The translations under genes and the position numbers were made by a program. From Syntrophales bacterium (GTDB lineage: Bacteria > Desulfobacterota > Syntrophia > Syntrophales > UBA2192), in the NCBI GenBank assembly GCA_036725345.1, contig DAIMEJ010000009.1:66169-130168 (forward strand): a stretch of 64,000 bases of DNA, given 5' to 3'. Positions 1-17,370 of this stretch are shown in pieces. The notes beneath the pieces are model-generated. The model did not search any database. It worked only from the letters and a program-made list of their open reading frames with translations, and was not told the origin of the DNA. Each line of letters opens with the position of its first letter. Positions within the stretch are counted from its first letter, which is position 1.

Positions 1-61
1 CGTGCCCGATTGTCCCGATGTTTACGTGCGGCTTTGTCCTCTCGAATTTTTTCTTAGCCAT
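1..61 (-). CDS. tuf: Elongation factor Tu, 5' fragment (gene continues beyond window start)
   Basis: Reverse complement of 1..61 reads ATG GCT AAG AAA AAA TTC GAG AGG ACA AAG CCG CAC GTA AAC ATC GGG ACA ATC GGG CAC = MAKKKFERTKPHVNIGTIGH, the canonical EF-Tu N-terminus. AAGGAGG lies upstream of the ATG. Sits directly downstream of fusA as in the str operon. Absent from the ORF track because it is truncated. Confidence 0.9.
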   Translation of the reverse strand, partial: MAKKKFERTKPHVNIGTIGH

Positions 62-101
62 CTCCATCTACCTCCTTGCGATCAAAAAGATGAATCAATT
101 G

Positions 102-2204
102 TTATTTCTTTTTTCCCCCTGTGTCGGTTGTTCTCCTCTGGATGACCTCCTTCGCCAGCTCCCCCGATACGGCGTTGTAGCAGAGAAACTGCATGGAGTA
201 GGTGGCCCGCCCCTGGGTTTTCGACCTCAGGTCCGTCGCGTACCCGAACATCTCGGCGAGCGGTACTTCCGCGTTGACGGCCTCGGAACCCGGCCGGGAC
301 TCGATGCTGACAATCTTGCCCCGCCGGGCGGTCAGGTTCCCGATCACGTCCCCCAGGTATTCCTTGGGGACCACGACCTCCACGGACATCATCGGCTCCA
401 GCAGGACCGGGTGGCCGCGTTTGGCGCCGTTTTTGAGCGCCATGGACGCGGCGATCTTGAAAGCTATTTCCGAAGAATCCACTTCGTGAAAGGAGCCATC
501 CACGAGTCGGACCTTCAGGTCCACCATCGGGTAGCCGGCCAGCACCCCTTCTTCCATGGCCTCCTGGATGCCCTTGCCCACGGCCGGGATGAACTCCTTC
601 GGGATGACACCGCCGATAATCTTGTTTTCGAAGGTCAGTCCCCGGCCCGGCTCGTTGGGCTCAATTTCGATCCAGACGTGGCCGTACTGCCCGCGGCCGC
701 CGGACTGCCTGACGTATCTTCCCTCCGCCCGCACCGGCTTGCGGATCGTCTCCTTGTAGGCCACCTGGGGGTTTCCGATGTTGGCCCCGAGGCCGGACTC
801 CCTGGAGAGCCGGTCCACGATGATCTCCAGGTGGAGCTCCCCCATGCCCGAGATGAGCGTCTGGCCCGTTTCCCGATCTACCCGGACACTGAATGAGGGG
901 TCCTCCCGCGCGATCTTCTGGAGCGCCACGTTCATCTTCTCTTCGTCGGCCTTCGTCTTGGGTTCGATGGCAATCGCGATAACGGGCTCAGGAAATTCCA
1001 GCGTTTCGAGCTTCAGGGGGTGATCCTGATCGCAGAGCGTGTCCCCCGTGGTCGTGTAATTCAGCCCCACGGCGGCGACGATGTCCCCGGTTCGGGCCTC
1101 CTTGATGTCCTCCCGCTTGTCGGCGTGCATCTTCAGAAGGCGTCCGACCCTCTCCCGCCTGTCCTTCGAGGCGTTGTAGACGTACGAGCCCGCTCTGAGA
1201 ACGCCCGAGTACATCCGGAAAAATGTGAGCTGTCCCACGAAGGGATCCGTCAGGATCTTGAAGGCCAGGGCGGCAAAGGGCGCGTCATCGGATACCTCCC
1301 GCACGATATCGCGGTCCGTCGATCGGATGTCCTTTCCAACCACCGGCGGCATGTCCAGCGGTGAAGGCGCGAAAGCAACCACCGCGTCCAGCAGGAGCTG
1401 AATGCCCTTGTTCTTGAAGGCCGCGCCGCAGAGGACGGGGATGACCTTCATGGAACGGGTCAGCTTTCGGATGGCGCCTACGATTTCTTCTTGTGAAAGA
1501 GCGTGTTCATTCAAATATTTCTGCATCAAGTCCTCATCCAGATCGGAGATGGACTCGATCATTTTGTCGCGCTGCTTCGCTGCCTCTTCCAGAAGCTCCG
1601 GGGGAATGGGACCCACGGAATAATCGGTGCCCTTGACATCCCTGTCGTAGGTGACGGCCTCCATGCGAATGAGGTCCACCACGCCGGTGAACTTATCCTC
1701 CGAGCCGATGGGGATCTGGACGGGGACAGGATTCGCTCCCAGGCGGTCCCGGATGGCCGCCACAACGCGCATGAAGTCGGCACCCACGCGGTCCATCTTG
1801 TTGACGAAGGCGATGCGCGGCACCCGGTATTTGTCCGCCTGCCGCCAGACCGCTTCGGACTGGGGTTCCACGCCTTCCACGGCGCTGAAAAGGGCCACGG
1901 CGCTGTCCAGAATACGGAGGGACCGTTCCACCTCGATCGTGAAGTCCACATGGCCCGGCGTGTCGATGATATTGATCCGGTGATCTTTCCACGAACAGGC
2001 CGTGGCCGCGGAGGTGATGGTGATGCCCCGCTCCTGTTCCTGCTCCATGTAGTCCATGACGGCGGTGCCGTCGTGGACTTCGCCCATCTTGTAGGAGATC
2101 CCCGTGTAGTACAGGATTCGCTCGGTCAGGGTGGTCTTCCCGGCGTCGATGTGGGCCATGATGCCGATATTACGGATGTGCGATAGGGGAATCTCCCGAG
2201 CCAC
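102..2204 (-). CDS. fusA: Elongation factor G
   Basis: 700-aa ORF with GTP-binding motifs [14 protein letters not shown] and NKMD. GTG start. Order rpsL-rpsG-fusA-tuf. Confidence 0.98.
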   Translation of the reverse strand: MAREIPLSHIRNIGIMAHIDAGKTTLTERILYYTGISYKMGEVHDGTAVMDYMEQEQERGITITSAATACSWKDHRINIIDTPGHVDFTIEVERSLRILDSAVALFSAVEGVEPQSEAVWRQADKYRVPRIAFVNKMDRVGADFMRVVAAIRDRLGANPVPVQIPIGSEDKFTGVVDLIRMEAVTYDRDVKGTDYSVGPIPPELLEEAAKQRDKMIESISDLDEDLMQKYLNEHALSQEEIVGAIRKLTRSMKVIPVLCGAAFKNKGIQLLLDAVVAFAPSPLDMPPVVGKDIRSTDRDIVREVSDDAPFAALAFKILTDPFVGQLTFFRMYSGVLRAGSYVYNASKDRRERVGRLLKMHADKREDIKEARTGDIVAAVGLNYTTTGDTLCDQDHPLKLETLEFPEPVIAIAIEPKTKADEEKMNVALQKIAREDPSFSVRVDRETGQTLISGMGELHLEIIVDRLSRESGLGANIGNPQVAYKETIRKPVRAEGRYVRQSGGRGQYGHVWIEIEPNEPGRGLTFENKIIGGVIPKEFIPAVGKGIQEAMEEGVLAGYPMVDLKVRLVDGSFHEVDSSEIAFKIAASMALKNGAKRGHPVLLEPMMSVEVVVPKEYLGDVIGNLTARRGKIVSIESRPGSEAVNAEVPLAEMFGYATDLRSKTQGRATYSMQFLCYNAVSGELAKEVIQRRTTDTGGKKK

Positions 2205-2235
2205 GTCTCAAGGTCCAGTAACTTTTAAAAGAGCG

Positions 2236-2706
2236 TTAGAATCGATAATGGGCAAAGGCCTTGTTGGCCTCCGCCATCTTGTGAACATCCTCTTTCTTCT
2301 TGATCGAGGCGCCGCGGTTGTTGGCCGCGTCGATGAACTCGCCGGCGAGTTTTTCCTTCAACATCTTCTCGGAGCGGGCCCGGGCATGGAGAATCAGCCA
2401 TCGCATGGCCAGAGCGAGCCTTCTCGAGGGGGCCACTTCCGTCGGGACCTGGTACGTCGCCCCGCCCACCCGTCTCGAACGAACTTCGATCACGGGTTTG
2501 ACATTGCCCACGGCCTTCTCGAAGACCGCCAGGGGGGCTTCCTTCGCCCGCTTCTCGATTACACTGAAGGCCCCGTAGAGAATCCCCTCCGCGGTGCTTC
2601 GCTTGCCCTTTTTCATCAGGCAGTTGACAAACTTGGCCACGAGTTCGCTGCCGTATTTGGCATCCGGCGTTATCTTTCGCTTGGCTATAACTCTTCTTCT
2701 CGGCAT
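2236..2706 (-). CDS. rpsG: 30S ribosomal protein S7
   Basis: 156-aa [13 protein letters not shown]... N-terminus typical of S7. Located between rpsL and fusA. Confidence 0.97.
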   Translation of the reverse strand: MPRRRVIAKRKITPDAKYGSELVAKFVNCLMKKGKRSTAEGILYGAFSVIEKRAKEAPLAVFEKAVGNVKPVIEVRSRRVGGATYQVPTEVAPSRRLALAMRWLILHARARSEKMLKEKLAGEFIDAANNRGASIKKKEDVHKMAEANKAFAHYRF

Positions 2707-2720
2707 TCTAAAATCCCTGA

Positions 2721-3092
2721 TTAACTGGACTTTTTCGTCCCGTACTTGGACCGGCTCTGTTTCCGGTCCTGAACCCCGACGGCATCCAGGGTCCCCCGTA
2801 CGATGTGATAGCGAACACCCGGCAGATCCTTGACTCGGCCGCCCCGAACCAGGACCACGGAGTGCTCCTGGAGGTTATGGCCGATACCGGGAATATAGGA
2901 CGACACTTCGTATCCGCTCGTCAGACGAACCCTCGCTACTTTACGGAGGGCGGAGTTGGGTTTCTTGGGGGTGGTGGTGTACACCCGCACGCAGACCCCG
3001 CGCCGCTGCGGTGAGGAAACCAGGGCTGGCGCTTGCGTCTTTCTCACCATCTTTTTTCTGCCCTTCCGGATCAACTGGTTGATCGTCGGCAT
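2721..3092 (-). CDS. rpsL: 30S ribosomal protein S12
   Basis: 123-aa [15 protein letters not shown]...KKPNSALRK..., the classical S12 sequence. Confidence 0.98.
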   Translation of the reverse strand: MPTINQLIRKGRKKMVRKTQAPALVSSPQRRGVCVRVYTTTPKKPNSALRKVARVRLTSGYEVSSYIPGIGHNLQEHSVVLVRGGRVKDLPGVRYHIVRGTLDAVGVQDRKQSRSKYGTKKSS

Positions 3093-3153
3093 TTCGCCTC
3101 CAACATCAGGATTTCACCACCCAAACGGGTGGCGACGAAAGCTCAGTTTAGTA

Positions 3154-7275
<4,122 letters not shown>

Positions 7276-7294
7276 GGATTGCTTCTCCTTTTAT

Positions 7295-7357
7295 TTCAGG
7301 CATCAGGCATTGGGCTTCAGGCTTCCTCCTCACCTGATGCCTGACGCCTGGTGCCTG
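7295..7357. repeat. Phased heptamer array forming a palindrome in the rpoB-rpoC spacer
   Basis: Read in 7-nt phase: ttcaggc|atcaggc|attgggc|ttcaggc|ttcctcc|tcacctg|atgcctg|acgcctg|gtgcctg. tcaggcatcagg (7296-7307) is the exact reverse complement of cctgatgcctga (7333-7344). Confidence 0.8.
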
Positions 7358-7364
7358 GTTTCTA

Positions 7365-11447
<4,083 letters not shown>

Positions 11448-11583
11448 GGGTTCTTTAACCTCGAATGGCTTTGGTCCCGACCCCCTGCGGGGTCCTGTGG
11501 CCCGGGTCCCCGGCCCCCGTCGCGCGGGCGCCGGGGATTTCCCGGCCTATTTCCGGAGGCCGCCGTAGCGCTCCGCAGGCCGG
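11448..11583 (-). promoter_or_regulatory. GC-rich structured rplL-rpoB spacer (possible attenuator or processing region)
   Basis: 136-nt spacer. On the minus-sense RNA there are short hairpins gccggg-aaatc-cccggc and gacccc-gcag-ggggtc. In E. coli the equivalent spacer holds a partial terminator and an RNase III site. No U-tract is seen here. Confidence 0.3.
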
Positions 11584-11976
11584 TTACTTGATCTCCACGG
11601 AACCGCCGGCGGCTTCGACCTTCTTCTTGATGTCCTCGGCTTCCGCCTTGGGAATGCCTTCCTTCACGGGCTTCGGCACGCCGTCCACGAGATCCTTCGC
11701 CTCCTTGAGGCCCAGGCCGGTGATGGCCCGGATCTCCTTGATCACCTGGATCTTCTGCTCCCCGAAACCGGTGAGGATCACGGTGAATTCCGTCTTCTCC
11801 TCCGCCGCAGCGGCAGCGGCAGCAGCGCCGCCGGGGGCCGCCGCGGCTACGGCCACCGGGGCGGCCGCCGAGACGCCGAATTTTTCTTCCAGCTCCTTCA
11901 CGAGCTCGGAGAGCTCGAGAACCGTCATTCCCTCAATGAACTTGACCACATCTTCCTTTGTTATTTTCGCTGACAT
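11584..11976 (-). CDS. rplL: 50S ribosomal protein L7/L12
   Basis: 130-aa ORF with an Ala-rich hinge ([25 protein letters not shown]) and a conserved C-terminal domain. Confidence 0.97.
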   Translation of the reverse strand: MSAKITKEDVVKFIEGMTVLELSELVKELEEKFGVSAAAPVAVAAAAPGGAAAAAAAAEEKTEFTVILTGFGEQKIQVIKEIRAITGLGLKEAKDLVDGVPKPVKEGIPKAEAEDIKKKVEAAGGSVEIK

Positions 11977-11997
11977 GATTCCATCCCTTCCTGTAGG

Positions 11998-12522
11998 TTA
12001 GTTTTCTTTTTCTCTCTTTTCGCGATACGCGTTCAGGACCTGCACGAGGCTTCTCGGCACAGCGGCAAGCACATGGACCATGGAGGCCTGCGCGCCCACG
12101 AAAACGGACAGGAGCTTCGCGATGAGCACTTCCCTCGAGGGGAGGCTCGCCAGCGCCTCGAGCTGCTTGCGGTCGAGGAGCTTCCCCCCCATCATGCCGA
12201 CCTTGACGTCCAATTCGGCGTTCTTCTTGGCAAACTCGCTCAGAATCTTGGTCGGCGCCACGACGTCTTCGTAGGTCAGCACGACGGCCAGAGGCCCCCG
12301 CAGATGACCCTTCAACCCTTCGTAGTCCGTTTTCTCCGAGGCAATCCCGAACAGGGTGTTCTTGATGACCCGGAACTCGGTGCCGGCCTTGCGGAGCTCA
12401 TTGCGAAGGGCGTTGATCTTCTCGACATTCATGCCGGTGTAGCCTGCGAGGATGGCCAGCTGCGCCTTCCTGAGCTTGTCCTGAAGCTCGGCAATGGTTT
12501 TCTCTTTTGTCTGTTTGTCCAA
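11998..12522 (-). CDS. rplJ: 50S ribosomal protein L10
   Basis: 174-aa ORF immediately upstream of rplL. Typical L10 length and sequence. Confidence 0.95.
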   Translation of the reverse strand: MDKQTKEKTIAELQDKLRKAQLAILAGYTGMNVEKINALRNELRKAGTEFRVIKNTLFGIASEKTDYEGLKGHLRGPLAVVLTYEDVVAPTKILSEFAKKNAELDVKVGMMGGKLLDRKQLEALASLPSREVLIAKLLSVFVGAQASMVHVLAAVPRSLVQVLNAYREKREKEN

Positions 12523-12837
12523 CCCTTAACCTCCTTTCACTCTGAATTTTCACGGTCCCCGCCCCCTTCAGGGGATCGGGATCGATTTAAAAAGTCAGAG
12601 CGCCATACAGGAAGAATGGATGACCGCCGCGGTGCGAAACCCGTGAGCCTTCTGCCGGGCCGCTGAACATGAAAAGCTCTCTCCGGGGTGCCCCTTCCCA
12701 ACCCGCTCGCGGGAAAGGACCGTCCGGATTGCCCTCCAGGTCTCGGCAGGCCGATGCAATCGTTTAAACTTCCCGTACCTGCTGTCTCTGACTTCTGTAA
12801 GCAATTTCTCCTAATGGGCCATTTTTTGCCCGGGGCT
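12523..12837 (-). promoter_or_regulatory. rplJ leader region (probable L10 autoregulatory leader plus promoter)
   Basis: 315-nt non-coding gap between rplA and rplJ, unusually long for this compact cluster. Its position matches the known L10(L12)4-binding leader of rplJL-rpoBC operons. The fold was not verified. Confidence 0.5.
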
Positions 12838-13542
12838 CTACTTCAAAATGTTCCGTATATCCAGGGGATCCACCTTTACACCCGGCCCCATCGTGGTGGA
12901 GAGTGAAATGGTTTTGAGATAGGTTCCTTTGCTCGAAGCCGGTTTCAGTTTGATGATCGTTTCGATCAGGGCCATGAAATTATCATAGAGCTTGTCCGCG
13001 CCGAAAGACACCTTCCCGAAGGGGGAATGGACGATGCCCGCTTTCTCCACCCGGAATTCCACCTTTCCCGCTTTCAGCTCCTTGACGACCTTGCCCACGT
13101 CAAAGGTCACCGTTCCGACCTTGGGGTTCGGCATGAGTCCCCGGGGACCCAGGACCTTTCCCAGTTTTCCGACGTTTGCCATCATGTCCGGCGTGGCCAC
13201 GACACGGTCGAAGTCCAGCCAGCCGCCCCTGATCTTCTCCATGAGATCGTCGGAGCCGACGAAATCGGCCCCTGCCTCCCGGGCTTCTTTTTCCTTCTCG
13301 CCCTTCGCGAAGACAAGCACCCGGACGGCTTTTCCGAGCCCGTGCGGCAGGGCCACGCTGCCCCGGACCATCTGGTCCGCGTGCTTCGGGTCCACACCGA
13401 GACGAATGGAGGCGTCGACGGTTTCATCGAACTTCGCCTTTCCCATGTTCATGAGAATGCCGAGGGCCTCCCGCAGCGCGTAGCGCTGGCCGGGCACGGC
13501 CTTTTTTCTGGATTCCTGGTATTTTTTCCCTCTGTTGGACAT
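12838..13542 (-). CDS. rplA: 50S ribosomal protein L1
   Basis: ORF-track entry 12838..13641 trimmed to the internal start [10 protein letters not shown] (234 aa, normal L1 size). The 33-aa upstream extension is Arg/Pro-rich and approaches the rplK stop. Confidence 0.95.
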   Translation of the reverse strand: MSNRGKKYQESRKKAVPGQRYALREALGILMNMGKAKFDETVDASIRLGVDPKHADQMVRGSVALPHGLGKAVRVLVFAKGEKEKEAREAGADFVGSDDLMEKIRGGWLDFDRVVATPDMMANVGKLGKVLGPRGLMPNPKVGTVTFDVGKVVKELKAGKVEFRVEKAGIVHSPFGKVSFGADKLYDNFMALIETIIKLKPASSKGTYLKTISLSTTMGPGVKVDPLDIRNILK

Positions 13543-13564
13543 GATCAAACCTCGAACCTGTGGC

Positions 13565-13990
13565 TTAGGAAACGATCTCGATCCCCATGGACCGGGCCGT
13601 CCCCTCAATCGTCTTGATAGCGCCTTCGACATTGATGGCATTCAGATCGTTCATCTTGAGCTCCGCGATCTCGCGCACCTGCTTGGCCGTCACCTGACCC
13701 ACCTTTTCCCGCTTGGGGTCGCCCGCGCCCTTGGCGATCTTGGCGGCCTGCTTCAGAAGAACCGATACCGGCGGCGTCTTGGTGACAAAGGTGAAGGAAC
13801 GGTCCGCGTAAACCGTGATGACCACCGGGATGATCATCCCCTCCTGCTTGGCCGTCATGGCGTTATAGGCCTTGCAAAACTCCATGATGTTCACGCCGTG
13901 CTGGCCGAGGGCGGGACCGATGGGAGGCGACGGCGTCGCCTTTCCGGCCTGAATCTGCAGCTTGATGTTCGCGATGACCTTCTTTGCCAT
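13565..13990 (-). CDS. rplK: 50S ribosomal protein L11
   Basis: ORF-track entry 13565..14080 trimmed to [35 protein letters not shown] (141 aa), the canonical L11 N-terminus. Confidence 0.96.
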   Translation of the reverse strand: MAKKVIANIKLQIQAGKATPSPPIGPALGQHGVNIMEFCKAYNAMTAKQEGMIIPVVITVYADRSFTFVTKTPPVSVLLKQAAKIAKGAGDPKREKVGQVTAKQVREIAELKMNDLNAINVEGAIKTIEGTARSMGIEIVS

Positions 13991-14045
13991 AAAAATCCCC
14001 TGTCTTCCGATGATATCGTTATCCGCCGCGCCGAAGCAGCGCTTT

Positions 14046-14576
14046 CTAGTGCTCGACCACCTGAATGAAATCGAGCTCAACGGGGGTGGACCGCCCGAAG
14101 ATGCTGACGATCACCCGGAGCTTCCCCTTTTCGGGTTTCACCTCGTCGACGATGCCGTCGAAGTTCGTGAAGGGCCCGTCGATGATCTTGACATGGTCCC
14201 CCACGTCGAACTTGAATTTCGGCTTGGGTTTGAGCGTCCCCTCCTCGATCCTCGTCCTGAGGGCCGCCACGTCCTCGTCGGCAATGGGGGCCGGCTTGTC
14301 CTTGCTTCCGATGAAGCCGGTCACCTTGGGCGTGCTCTTGACGATGTGCCAGGTGTCGTCGTTCAGCTCCATCCGGATCAGGACATAACCGGGGAAGAAT
14401 TTCCGCTTGGAGGTCTTTTTTTCTCCCCCGATGAGCTCGACGATGTCCTCTTCAGGCACGAGGATTTCCCCGAAGTGCTCCTGCATGCCGGCCGCTTCGA
14501 TTCGCTCCTGGAGGGAAACCTTGACCTTGTTTTCAAAGCCCGAGTAAGTATGGATGACGTACCACCTGAAGGCCAT
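14046..14576 (-). CDS. nusG: Transcription termination/antitermination factor NusG
   Basis: 176-aa [19 protein letters not shown]-terminus and a C-terminal KOW-like segment. secE-nusG-rplK synteny. Confidence 0.96.
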   Translation of the reverse strand: MAFRWYVIHTYSGFENKVKVSLQERIEAAGMQEHFGEILVPEEDIVELIGGEKKTSKRKFFPGYVLIRMELNDDTWHIVKSTPKVTGFIGSKDKPAPIADEDVAALRTRIEEGTLKPKPKFKFDVGDHVKIIDGPFTNFDGIVDEVKPEKGKLRVIVSIFGRSTPVELDFIQVVEH

Positions 14577-14582
14577 ATCACC

Positions 14583-14792
14583 TCAACCCAGAATCAACTT
14601 CATGATCTTGACCAGCCCGAAATCGAAGATCCCCAGAATGAGCGAAACGACAAGAACCACGACCAGCACGACGGACGTGGAGGTCATGGCCTGCTTGGTC
14701 GTCGGCCAGGTCACCTTGGAGAGTTCCGTTCTGGCCTCTTTCAAAAACAGCTTCGATGTCAGAAAGGCGGCTTTGATCTTATCCATGTCCAC
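14583..14792 (-). CDS. secE: Preprotein translocase subunit SecE
   Basis: 69-aa ORF with a single C-terminal TM helix (TSTSVVLVVVLVVSLILGIFDFGLV). Position tRNA-Trp-secE-nusG. Confidence 0.9.
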   Translation of the reverse strand: MDMDKIKAAFLTSKLFLKEARTELSKVTWPTTKQAMTSTSVVLVVVLVVSLILGIFDFGLVKIMKLILG

Positions 14793-14821
14793 CGACCCGG
14801 GGTAATCCCCCCAATATAAGA

Positions 14822-14898
14822 TGGCAGGCCAGGAGGGACTCGAACCCCCAACATCCGGATTTGGAGTCCGGCGCTCTAGCCATTAGAGCTACTGGCCT
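14822..14898 (-). tRNA. tRNA-Trp (anticodon CCA)
   Basis: Minus-strand read AGGCCAGTAGCTCTAATGGCTAGAGCGCCGGACTCCAAATCCGGATGTTGGGGGTTCGAGTCCCTCCTGGCCTGCCA. Anticodon loop CTCCAAA, T-loop GGTTCGAGTCC, encoded CCA. Confidence 0.93.
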
Positions 14899-14930
14899 GT
14901 CTCCATCACCTGCCGTTGTTCCCCTCCGGA

Positions 14931-15080
14931 TTACTTCGTCTCCCTGTGCAGGGTGTGCGCCTTGCAGAATTTGCAGTATTTCTTCATTTCGAGACGATCC
15001 TGCATGGTCCGCTTGTTTTTCGTCGTGTTGTAGTTCCGGCGTTTGCACTCCGTGCAGGCCAGGGTGATGATGTTCCTCAT
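14931..15080 (-). CDS. rpmG: 50S ribosomal protein L33
   Basis: Not in the ORF track (49 aa). Hand translation gives [49 protein letters not shown]. It has the Cys4 zinc-ribbon pattern and sits at the usual position upstream of secE. Confidence 0.93.
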   Translation of the reverse strand: MRNIITLACTECKRRNYNTTKNKRTMQDRLEMKKYCKFCKAHTLHRETK

Positions 15081-15102
15081 GGTCAACCTACTCTCACAGC
15101 AC

Positions 15103-15178
15103 TGGAGCCCACGACCAGGATTGAACTGGTGACCTCATCCTTACCAAGGATGTGCTCTACCGACTGAGCTACGTGGGC
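15103..15178 (-). tRNA. tRNA-Thr (anticodon GGT)
   Basis: Minus-strand read GCCCACGTAGCTCAGTCGGTAGAGCACATCCTTGGTAAGGATGAGGTCACCAGTTCAATCCTGGTCGTGGGCTCCA. Anticodon loop TTGGTAA. Confidence 0.93.
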
Positions 15179-15269
15179 CTCTCCGCCGCGCAGACAAGAC
15201 TTCGTTTTTCTTATCGCCGCGCCTCGAAATCCGCTGGGCGCAACGCCCGGATCCGTTCAAAACGAGAAC

Positions 15270-15345
15270 TGGAGCGGGAAACGGGATTCGAACCCGCGAC
15301 CCTCAGCTTGGAAGGCTGACGCTCTAGCCACTGAGCTACTCCCGC
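15270..15345 (-). tRNA. tRNA-Gly (anticodon TCC)
   Basis: Minus-strand read GCGGGAGTAGCTCAGTGGCTAGAGCGTCAGCCTTCCAAGCTGAGGGTCGCGGGTTCGAATCCCGTTTCCCGCTCCA. Anticodon loop CTTCCAA. Confidence 0.93.
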
Positions 15346-15383
15346 TCATCAAACAAAGAAGACAAAAACGTCTTACCCTTGCA

Positions 15384-15468
<85 letters not shown>

Positions 15469-15486
15469 AGCTTTCATATGGCCAAT

Positions 15487-15561
15487 TGGAGCTGGCGATG
15501 GGAGTCGAACCCGCAACCGGCTGATTACAAATCAGCTGCTCTACCGTTGAGCTACGCCAGC
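15487..15561 (-). tRNA. tRNA-Thr (anticodon TGT)
   Basis: Minus-strand read GCTGGCGTAGCTCAACGGTAGAGCAGCTGATTTGTAATCAGCCGGTTGCGGGTTCGACTCCCATCGCCAGCTCCA. Anticodon loop TTTGTAA. Confidence 0.93.
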
Positions 15562-15587
15562 AAAAACGTGAAAAGCAGAATCTAGAG

Positions 15588-15616
15588 AGGTTAAATTTGC
15601 TGATTTAATTTGTCAA
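15588..15616 (-). promoter_or_regulatory. Candidate sigma70-type promoter of the tRNA operon
   Basis: Minus strand: TTGACA (15616-15611), 17 nt, TAACCT (15593-15588), preceded by an A-run (aaaaaaaa, UP-like). Lies about 25 nt upstream of the first tRNA. Confidence 0.55.
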
Positions 15617-15660
15617 GTGTTTTTTTTGGAAAGATTGCTTATGGCGTGACCCCGCAGTCC

Positions 15661-17175
15661 TCACTCCCGGCTGCCGAAAACCTCTGCGGAGAATGTGTAT
15701 ATTTCAGTCCCTTCCTCCTTCCAGGCCTCAGCCGGAAGTCCGGCCTTATAGCAGGTTTCCTTGAGAAAAGTCAAGCGGTCCCATCGATACTCCGTGGCCA
15801 CCTGGGGGAGCAGGAGCCCCGACTGGAAACCCCTGACCACGTAAAGGCCGTCCCTGCCGATTTTTATATCATTGATATCTTTCATTTTTTTGAGAGGCGT
15901 GAGCACCGATATCTCGATGTCCAGATCGGCCAGTTCCTCCCTTTTGAGGGGCGGGAATCTCGGATCCTTGAAGGCCGCGGCCAGGGCCATATCGCTCACC
16001 GCCTGGGCCAGCGGCTTGCGCGCCTCGATGTAGCCGATACAACCCCTCAACCTGCCTTGCTTTTTCAGCGAAACGAAAGCCCCCCTCTTTTCCCGCGTCG
16101 CCCCCGACGCGGAAGACAGCGACGGCAGGGGCTTCCCCTTGAGGCGGCATTCGATGGTGTTCCGGGCATGCTCCAGCAGCGATTTCTTGTCCTCTTCGCT
16201 GAGTCCCGTTCCGGCAGCGGCCGGATTCGCGGAAACGCGGCTTCCCGACGGGTTATCGACATACATGGCAGCGGAGAGATAACCGACGACACGTCCCTTG
16301 TCGCCTGTCACATCCCCGGAGTTGGCATATTTGAGAACCTTGACGCCGGTGCCTCCGAGCTTCCGGGCAACCAACATCGTCACCACCATGGGCCCCCCGC
16401 CGCAGGCTTCGCAGGAGCCGCCCTCCAGATTCCGGATCAGGCCGTCCGTGTCCATCTTCTGGACGAGGTCGACGACGCGCCGATCGAGCTTCACAGCCCT
16501 GTCGTAGGAATGAAAATGAGACAGGTCCGAGCTGCCCACAACGAGGACCTTTTTCCCCTTGACGGCCTTGTAAATGGCCTCGGCCAGCTCCTCGCAGGCC
16601 CGGCGATCCTGGTCCCCCATGACGATGGGCACAAAGGAAAATTGCCCGAGGGCAACCTGCAGGAAGGGAAGCTGAATTTCGATGGAATGTTCCTGGGCAT
16701 GGGCCTGGGGGTGATAAGCGATGCCCCCTCCGTGTCCGATGATCCGCCCGGCGAGATCGCCATCCACGGGCACCACGCCGAGGGGTGTTTCGTAACCCCC
16801 GCTCGGATACACGGACGCGCCCCTGAAGAGGGACCGGTGGCTGGGACCGATCACGATGACGGAATCAAAGTGCCGGCCCTGGACGAGTTTGTATCCGTGC
16901 GCTGCGATCTGCCCGGAGTAGATATACCCGGCATGGGGCGAGATGAGCCCGACGACCCGTCCGCGCACACCGTTACCGGGAACTTTTTTGAGGTATTCCT
17001 TGATATCCCTCGTCAACTCGGCCGGGTCCCCCGGATACCAGGTCCCGGCAATCACGGGCTTTCGGACATTTTTCTCCATGCGAACCCCCTCCCCCGCCGG
17101 CGGCAGCAAAAAGACCAGAAGAACGGCTGCGGAAAAAATCCTGAAAAATCTTCGAATTCCTCTAGAAGCCTTCAT
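15661..17175 (-). CDS. Fusion protein: Memo-like (AmmeMemoRadiSam system protein B-type) N-terminal domain plus AMMECR1 C-terminal domain
   Basis: 504-aa ORF. N-terminal half has Memo hallmarks (AGTWYPG, SPHAGYIYSG, IGPSHR, SSDLSHFH). C-terminal approx 180 aa has AMMECR1 hallmarks (GAFVSLKK, RLRGCIGY, GLLLPQV). Alternative start at 17079 (ATG, GGGGAGGGGG 5 nt upstream) would remove a signal-peptide-like N-terminus. Confidence 0.85.
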   Translation of the reverse strand: MKASRGIRRFFRIFSAAVLLVFLLPPAGEGVRMEKNVRKPVIAGTWYPGDPAELTRDIKEYLKKVPGNGVRGRVVGLISPHAGYIYSGQIAAHGYKLVQGRHFDSVIVIGPSHRSLFRGASVYPSGGYETPLGVVPVDGDLAGRIIGHGGGIAYHPQAHAQEHSIEIQLPFLQVALGQFSFVPIVMGDQDRRACEELAEAIYKAVKGKKVLVVGSSDLSHFHSYDRAVKLDRRVVDLVQKMDTDGLIRNLEGGSCEACGGGPMVVTMLVARKLGGTGVKVLKYANSGDVTGDKGRVVGYLSAAMYVDNPSGSRVSANPAAAGTGLSEEDKKSLLEHARNTIECRLKGKPLPSLSSASGATREKRGAFVSLKKQGRLRGCIGYIEARKPLAQAVSDMALAAAFKDPRFPPLKREELADLDIEISVLTPLKKMKDINDIKIGRDGLYVVRGFQSGLLLPQVATEYRWDRLTFLKETCYKAGLPAEAWKEEGTEIYTFSAEVFGSRE

Positions 17176-17312
17176 AAGGTGCCGGAATAAAGACAGACAA
17201 GACGAACTGGAGACCCTCGCAGACGAGATACGTACTTGCTGTTCAATTTAGCGAGTGAAAGGACGCGCTGTCAAGAAGAAAGCGCTAAAGGAATCGATAA
17301 ATTAAAAAATCG

Positions 17313-17340
17313 TTGACACCCGCGGCGGGGACGTTTAAAA
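17313..17340 (+). promoter_or_regulatory. Candidate promoter upstream of gap
   Basis: TTGACA (17313-17318), 15-16 nt, TTTAAA/TTAAAA (17334-17340), about 30 nt upstream of the gap SD (AGGGAGG). Confidence 0.4.
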
Positions 17341-17370
17341 GAGCGTCAGACTTCATAAGGGAGGTTCATC

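Noticed and set aside
7295-7357. Possibility that the heptamer arrays (here and at 42015-42056) are a miniature CRISPR or other spacer-repeat array.
   Set aside because: The units are 7 nt with no intervening unique spacers, and each array is under 65 nt. No cas genes or 24-40-nt repeats occur anywhere in the window.
11801-11870. GCN/GCC trinucleotide-rich tandem-looking repeat (gccgcagcggcagcggcagcagcgccgcc...).
   Set aside because: It lies within rplL and encodes the Ala-rich flexible hinge of L7/L12 ([22 protein letters not shown]). It is coding low complexity, not a repeat element.
15610-17190. 526-aa plus-strand ORF overlapping the Memo/AMMECR1 gene.
   Set aside because: It is antisense to a gene with clear family motifs. 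Its sequence is Arg/Gly/Pro-rich with no recognisable domain, a GC-rich antisense artefact.
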